NCBI GenBank assembly: GCA_964475435.1
Contig: CAYYWT010000004.1
Location: 1 to 28,700 of the forward strand
Direction of reading: 5' to 3'
Length of the DNA stretch: 28,700 nt
Origin: an uncultured Eubacteriales bacterium
GTDB lineage: Bacteria > Bacillota > Clostridia > TANB77 > RGIG9151
Shown: one piece after another, positions 24,160 to 28,700 of the stretch
Numbering within the stretch: the stretch's first letter is position 1
Layout: each line of letters starts with the position of its first letter
Notes under the pieces: model-generated
What the model was told of the DNA's origin: nothing
The model's input: the letters and a program-made list of their open reading frames with translations, nothing else
Database searches by the model: none
Position numbers and translations under genes: made by a program

Positions 24160-27100
24160 GTGATAGACAAAGAAGAAATAGAAGAACTTACAGCTCAAGG
24201 TGGAGAACTTAGAGCTTTTAGAGCTAGGAAATATGTAAGAGAAAAAAGGGTTAATATAGAAGATATTAGGGAAGCTTTTGACGGTTCACACCTTATTTTA
24301 GCTAAAGTTGAAGGCTCATTTGATGATCCATATGATGTGATGGTTATTGAGAAGAATGGTAAAATTACGTCTGCAAGGTGTGACTGTATGGATGAATGTA
24401 ATATATGTAAGCATATTCTTGCAACTGTGTATGAAGTATATAATAAGTATAACGATTTGTTAAAATTAGATAGTGATACATTTAAATATAAAGAATTTAC
24501 CCAACTTATAAATTGCTTTTCTAAAGAAGAAGAAAATCCCGGTTATACATATTTTAACAATGATGTTCAGATTGTACCTATTATAAAAAGAGAGATTTAC
24601 AATAAGTTTAGCGTATCGTTTAAAATAGGAGTTAATAAATTTTATAAGATAAAAAATATAGTTGAATTTTGCAATTCAGTAGAAAATGGAACTAATTATT
24701 CTTACGGCAAAAATTTAGAGTTTGTTCATAAAAAAACAGCTTTTTTTAGTGAAAGCTTGCCTTTGCTTGATTTTATTATTAAGTATGGTAGTGTGATAAG
24801 GTATACAAATAATAATTTGAATTATTATTATGGAGCGAAATTAAATGAAGGAAAAATATTTTTAGAAAATGAAGCATGGGATGAACTCTTTGATATTTTA
24901 GAAGGAACAGAAGTAGAAGTTGACGGATTACCTACTGTGTTTGAAAACGATTTAGAAAGATTTAAGTTCGAAATAGAAGAAATAAGTGATACGGAATGTA
25001 AAATTGTAAATAAAATTGGTTTTAATTACTATATTGAAGGAAAAGAATATTTATATGTATTAAATGACGGAAAGTTTCAAAGATGTATAAAAAATTCTAT
25101 ACCTGCAAAAAATATGTTAAGTGTTTTTTCTACTAACGAGTTGGACGAAATTGTTTTTAACAAAAAAGAATTGCCGGACTTTTTTACGCTTGTTTTACCG
25201 AAAGCTAAAGAACTTATTTCTATGGATAAGGTAAGCCGTGAGTGTATAGAAAAATACAAACCCGGAGAACTTGGGGTAAAACTTTTTTTAGATATAGATA
25301 AAAATAGGAATGTAATTTGTAATGTTAAATTTTGTTATGATGATGTTGAGTTTAATCCTTTTGATGAAGTAGATAATGAGATTGTAAGAAATAAAATAAG
25401 CGAGGAATCAGTAAAAAGGTGTTTCGAGGAGACCGGTTTTATAATTGATGATAAACAAAAAGAATTATATATGGTTGATGATGAAAAAATATATGATTTT
25501 TTAACAGTTGGAATTAATTATTATATGGACAAATTTGAAGTTTTGGTTACGGATAATTTTAAAACTATTGAAATACGCCAACCTAGAATAGGAACAATCG
25601 GAGTAAAAATCGAAAACAATTTGCTTAATATAAATTTAACTGATATTGATTTTGAATTATCGGAAATAAAAGAAATAATGCAAAATTATAAGCTGAAAAA
25701 GAAGTATCACAGGTTAAAAAACGGAGCATATATTTCGCTTGAAAATAATGCTGATATTGAATTTATTGACGACTTATTTACGGGAGCAGATATTGATTTA
25801 AAAAACATCAATAAAAATGAAATAAAATTGCCTATTCATAGAAGTCTTTATTTAAATAAACTTTTAGAAGGAAATAAAAATAAGAATATAACTAAAGATG
25901 CTAATTTTAAAAAAGTTGTAGGAGAAATTACAGATTTAACTGAAAATGAAGATATTAATGTACCGGATAAATTAAAAGATACATTAAGATTTTATCAAGT
26001 AAACGGCTATAAATGGTTAAAAACGTTGGATTCTTACGGGTTTGGCGGAGTTTTAGCTGATGATATGGGACTTGGAAAGACTTTGCAAGTTATTTCCGTA
26101 CTTTTAAATTACAAGGAAAACAACGGAGATAAGACTTCAATTGTTGTTTGCCCAAGCTCGCTTGTACTGAATTGGAATAAGGAAATAGAAAAATTTGCTC
26201 CGATGTTAAATGTGCTTATTGTATCGGGAAATGCGATTGAACGTAAAGAGAAGATAGATACTTATAAAGAGTATGATGTTGTTATTACTTCTTATGATTC
26301 CTTAAAAAGAGATATAGACAGATATAACGATATATGTGCTGAATTTAAGTATGTTATTGCGGATGAAGCACAATATATTAAAAATGGTAATACTCAAAAT
26401 GCTAAATCGTTAAAATCGCTAAAATCGGATATAAGATTTGCTTTAACCGGAACTCCTATTGAAAACTCTTTGGCGGAATTATGGTCTATTTTTGATTATA
26501 TTATGCCGGGTTATTTATTTAGTTATAATAAATTTAAGAAAAACTATGAAATACCTATAATAAAAGAAGGAAATACGAATTATACCCAGAAATTAAAAAT
26601 GCTTATAGAACCTTTTATATTAAGGCGTAACAAAAAAGAAGTTTTAACTGAATTACCTGAAAAAACTGTTACGTTACTTTATAATGATATGGAAGAAAAT
26701 CAAAAGAAGATATATTTAAATTATTTAATTCAAACTAAGAAAGAACTTACTAAAGATATTGAAACAGTAGGATTTGAAAAAAGCAAAATTAAAATTTTAG
26801 CATTGCTTACAAGGCTTAGACAAATTTGTTGTCATCCGTCTTTGTTTATAGACAATTATTACGGAGAGTCCGGAAAATTAGAACAATGTATGGAAATCAT
26901 AAACGAAGCTGTTGACGGAAATCATAAAATCCTTCTTTTTTCGACTTATTCGTCTATGTTTGACATAATAGAGGATAAGCTGAATAAAGACGGAATTAAG
27001 TATTTTAAACTAACGGGAAAAACAAAAGTGGATGAGAGAATAAAGCTTGTAGAGGAGTTTAATAAAAACCCCGAAATAAAAATCTTTTTAATTTCGTTAA

Positions 27101-27381
27101 AAGCCGGTGGTACAGGGTTAAATTTAACCGGAGCAGACGTGGTTATACATTATGATCCGTGGTGGAACATTGCTGCTGAAAATCAAGCGACGGATAGAGC
27201 ATATAGAATTGGACAAAAGAACAATGTACAAGTTTATAAATTGATTACCAAAGATTCAATAGAAGAAAAAATACAAGAACTTCAGGAGAAAAAGTCTAAG
27301 TTAATAGATGATGTACTGAGTACCGAAGAAACATTCATTAATAAACTTTCAAAAGAAGATATTTTGGCTTTATTCGACTGA
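24160..27381 (+). CDS. SNF2-family helicase with an N-terminal SWIM zinc finger
   Basis: SWIM CDCMDECNICKH. Helicase motifs LADDMGLGKT, DEAQYIKN, LTGTPIEN, and C-terminal LKAGGTGLNLTGADVVIHYDPWWN..QATDRAYRIGQ. GTG start 8 nt after GGGAGG. Confidence 0.92.
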   Translation: MIDKEEIEELTAQGGELRAFRARKYVREKRVNIEDIREAFDGSHLILAKVEGSFDDPYDVMVIEKNGKITSARCDCMDECNICKHILATVYEVYNKYNDLLKLDSDTFKYKEFTQLINCFSKEEENPGYTYFNNDVQIVPIIKREIYNKFSVSFKIGVNKFYKIKNIVEFCNSVENGTNYSYGKNLEFVHKKTAFFSESLPLLDFIIKYGSVIRYTNNNLNYYYGAKLNEGKIFLENEAWDELFDILEGTEVEVDGLPTVFENDLERFKFEIEEISDTECKIVNKIGFNYYIEGKEYLYVLNDGKFQRCIKNSIPAKNMLSVFSTNELDEIVFNKKELPDFFTLVLPKAKELISMDKVSRECIEKYKPGELGVKLFLDIDKNRNVICNVKFCYDDVEFNPFDEVDNEIVRNKISEESVKRCFEETGFIIDDKQKELYMVDDEKIYDFLTVGINYYMDKFEVLVTDNFKTIEIRQPRIGTIGVKIENNLLNINLTDIDFELSEIKEIMQNYKLKKKYHRLKNGAYISLENNADIEFIDDLFTGADIDLKNINKNEIKLPIHRSLYLNKLLEGNKNKNITKDANFKKVVGEITDLTENEDINVPDKLKDTLRFYQVNGYKWLKTLDSYGFGGVLADDMGLGKTLQVISVLLNYKENNGDKTSIVVCPSSLVLNWNKEIEKFAPMLNVLIVSGNAIERKEKIDTYKEYDVVITSYDSLKRDIDRYNDICAEFKYVIADEAQYIKNGNTQNAKSLKSLKSDIRFALTGTPIENSLAELWSIFDYIMPGYLFSYNKFKKNYEIPIIKEGNTNYTQKLKMLIEPFILRRNKKEVLTELPEKTVTLLYNDMEENQKKIYLNYLIQTKKELTKDIETVGFEKSKIKILALLTRLRQICCHPSLFIDNYYGESGKLEQCMEIINEAVDGNHKILLFSTYSSMFDIIEDKLNKDGIKYFKLTGKTKVDERIKLVEEFNKNPEIKIFLISLKAGGTGLNLTGADVVIHYDPWWNIAAENQATDRAYRIGQKNNVQVYKLITKDSIEEKIQELQEKKSKLIDDVLSTEETFINKLSKEDILALFD

Positions 27382-27387
27382 AAAAAT

Positions 27388-27559
27388 GTTACAGGTCAGA
27401 TTTAATTACTTATCAAAAGATAATATCATTAGTTTTCCCGCTCAAACACGTCCTCGGTAAAAAATTCGATTAAATTTTTATTTTGAATTTTTTACCTGTG
27501 GAACTCGCTCTTTAAACTAATGATATTATCTTTCTAAAATAAGTTGGCTGAATAGTAAC
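27388..27559 (+). repeat. expanded palindromic element, same family as 329-384, probable terminator of the helicase gene
   Basis: Starts 6 nt after the stop codon. Ends GTTAC...GTAAC. Perfect 14-bp stem 27419-27432 / 27517-27530 and 12-bp apical stem 27456-27467 / 27485-27496. About 117 nt of extra sequence relative to the short copy. Confidence 0.7.
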
Positions 27560-27597
27560 AAAAAATGGTGAGGTATATAAAATAATTTTATAGGCTA

Positions 27598-27626
27598 TTG
27601 CAAATTCAAAATTGATAATATAGAAT
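27598..27626 (+). promoter_or_regulatory. promoter candidate for gap
   Basis: TTGCAA (27598-27603), 17-nt spacer, TAGAAT (27621-27626). Confidence 0.5.
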
Positions 27627-27662
27627 AGCTATGGAAGTGTAAATTAAAGGAGGTTTTTTATT

Positions 27663-28700
27663 ATGGCAATAAAAGTTGCAATTAATGGTTTTGGACGTAT
27701 TGGACGTCTTGCTTTTAGACAAATGTTTGGAGCAGAAGGATATGAGATTGTTGCTATTAACGATCTTACAAAGCCTTCAATGTTAGCTAATCTTCTTAAG
27801 TATGATACTGCTCAAGGCGGATACTGCGGAAGAATCGGAGAGAATCTTCATACAGTAGATTCTGATGACGAAGCTAATACTATTACTGTTGATGGTAAGA
27901 CTCTTACGATTTATAAGGAAGCTGATGCTAGAAATCTTCCTTGGGGAGAACTTGGTGTAGATGTTGTTTTAGAATGTACAGGTTTCTATACAACAAAAGA
28001 AAAGGCTCAAGCTCATATTGATGCAGGTGCTAAGAAAGTTGTTATTTCTGCTCCTGCCGGAAAAGATTTAAAAACAATTGTATTCTCAGTTAATGAAAAT
28101 ACTTTAACAGCTGAAGATAATATTATTTCTGCTGCTTCTTGTACAACTAACTGCTTAGCTCCTATGGCTAAGGTATTAAATGATTATGCTCCTATTCAAA
28201 GCGGTATAATGTCTACAATTCACGCTTATACAGGAGACCAAATGATATTAGACGGTCCTCATAGAAAAGGTGATTTTAGACGTGCAAGAGCCGGAGCTGA
28301 TAACATTGTTCCTAACTCTACCGGAGCTGCTAAGGCTATCGGACTTGTTATTCCTGAATTAAACGGAAAACTTATCGGATCTGCTCAAAGAGTTCCTGTT
28401 CCAACAGGTTCTACGACTATTTTAACAGCTGTTGTAAAAGGCGAAAACATTACTGCTGATGGAATTAATGAAGCTATGAAAGCTGCTGCTTCTGAGTCTT
28501 TTGGATATAATACTGATCCTATTGTTTCGTCTGATGTTATCGGAATGACATATGGTTCATTATTTGATGCGACTCAAACTATGGTTGCTGAAATAGGAAA
28601 CGGACTTTATGAAGTTCAAGTTGTTGCTTGGTATGATAATGAGAATTCTTATACAAGTCAAATGGTAAGAACTATTAAGTATTTTGCTGAACTTAACTAA
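27663..28700 (+). CDS. gap: type I glyceraldehyde-3-phosphate dehydrogenase
   Basis: [11 protein letters not shown]-binding motif, active site [14 protein letters not shown] near the C-terminus. AGGAGG RBS. Stop TAA at the last three bases of the window. Confidence 0.97.
   Translation: MAIKVAINGFGRIGRLAFRQMFGAEGYEIVAINDLTKPSMLANLLKYDTAQGGYCGRIGENLHTVDSDDEANTITVDGKTLTIYKEADARNLPWGELGVDVVLECTGFYTTKEKAQAHIDAGAKKVVISAPAGKDLKTIVFSVNENTLTAEDNIISAASCTTNCLAPMAKVLNDYAPIQSGIMSTIHAYTGDQMILDGPHRKGDFRRARAGADNIVPNSTGAAKAIGLVIPELNGKLIGSAQRVPVPTGSTTILTAVVKGENITADGINEAMKAAASESFGYNTDPIVSSDVIGMTYGSLFDATQTMVAEIGNGLYEVQVVAWYDNENSYTSQMVRTIKYFAELN

Noticed and set aside
24160-27381. The SWIM-SNF2 helicase as part of a defence system (for example DISARM, BREX or Zorya-like)
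   Set aside because: It stands alone between fmt and gap, with no methyltransferase, nuclease, PLD or other partner genes. The architecture matches the widespread housekeeping YwqA-type SNF2 protein of Firmicutes.
329-27559. The inverted palindromic elements as boundaries of a 27-kb invertible or mobile segment
   Set aside because: The interval is full of essential housekeeping genes (mreBCD, mrdA, fmt, secG, rnr) and has no recombinase. The elements are better explained as dispersed REP- or MITE-like repeats.

Overview
Low-GC Firmicutes-type chromosomal segment (Clostridia/Tissierellia-like codon usage and GGAGG ribosome-binding sites; exact taxon not determinable from this window). Most of it is core housekeeping: alr, a NodB-type deacetylase, a MacAB/YknXYZ-like HlyD-ABC-FtsX efflux operon followed by an SLH-domain protein, a CPA2 cation/proton antiporter, secG-rnr, radC-mreBCD-mrdA-minC, fmt, a SWIM/SNF2 helicase and gap. 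Three things fall outside ordinary annotation. (1) Three copies of a ~230-nt intergenic element (12173-12402, 13683-13923, 17027-17258) fold into the same multi-helix structure, show compensatory base changes, and share an invariant 32-nt core. This looks like an unrecognised structured ncRNA or a terminator-embedded MITE-like element, and it is the best candidate for something new. (2) A Sec-secreted polymorphic-toxin-like protein sits with a translationally coupled immunity-like gene and an orphan barstar homologue. The module carries a duplicated 41-nt terminator cassette and is bracketed by an exact 19-nt direct repeat. (3) A second palindromic repeat family has one short and one expanded copy, in inverted orientation, near the two ends of the window. 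No rRNA, tRNA, CRISPR array, transposase or integrase was seen. All family assignments come from reading motifs by eye; no searches were run.
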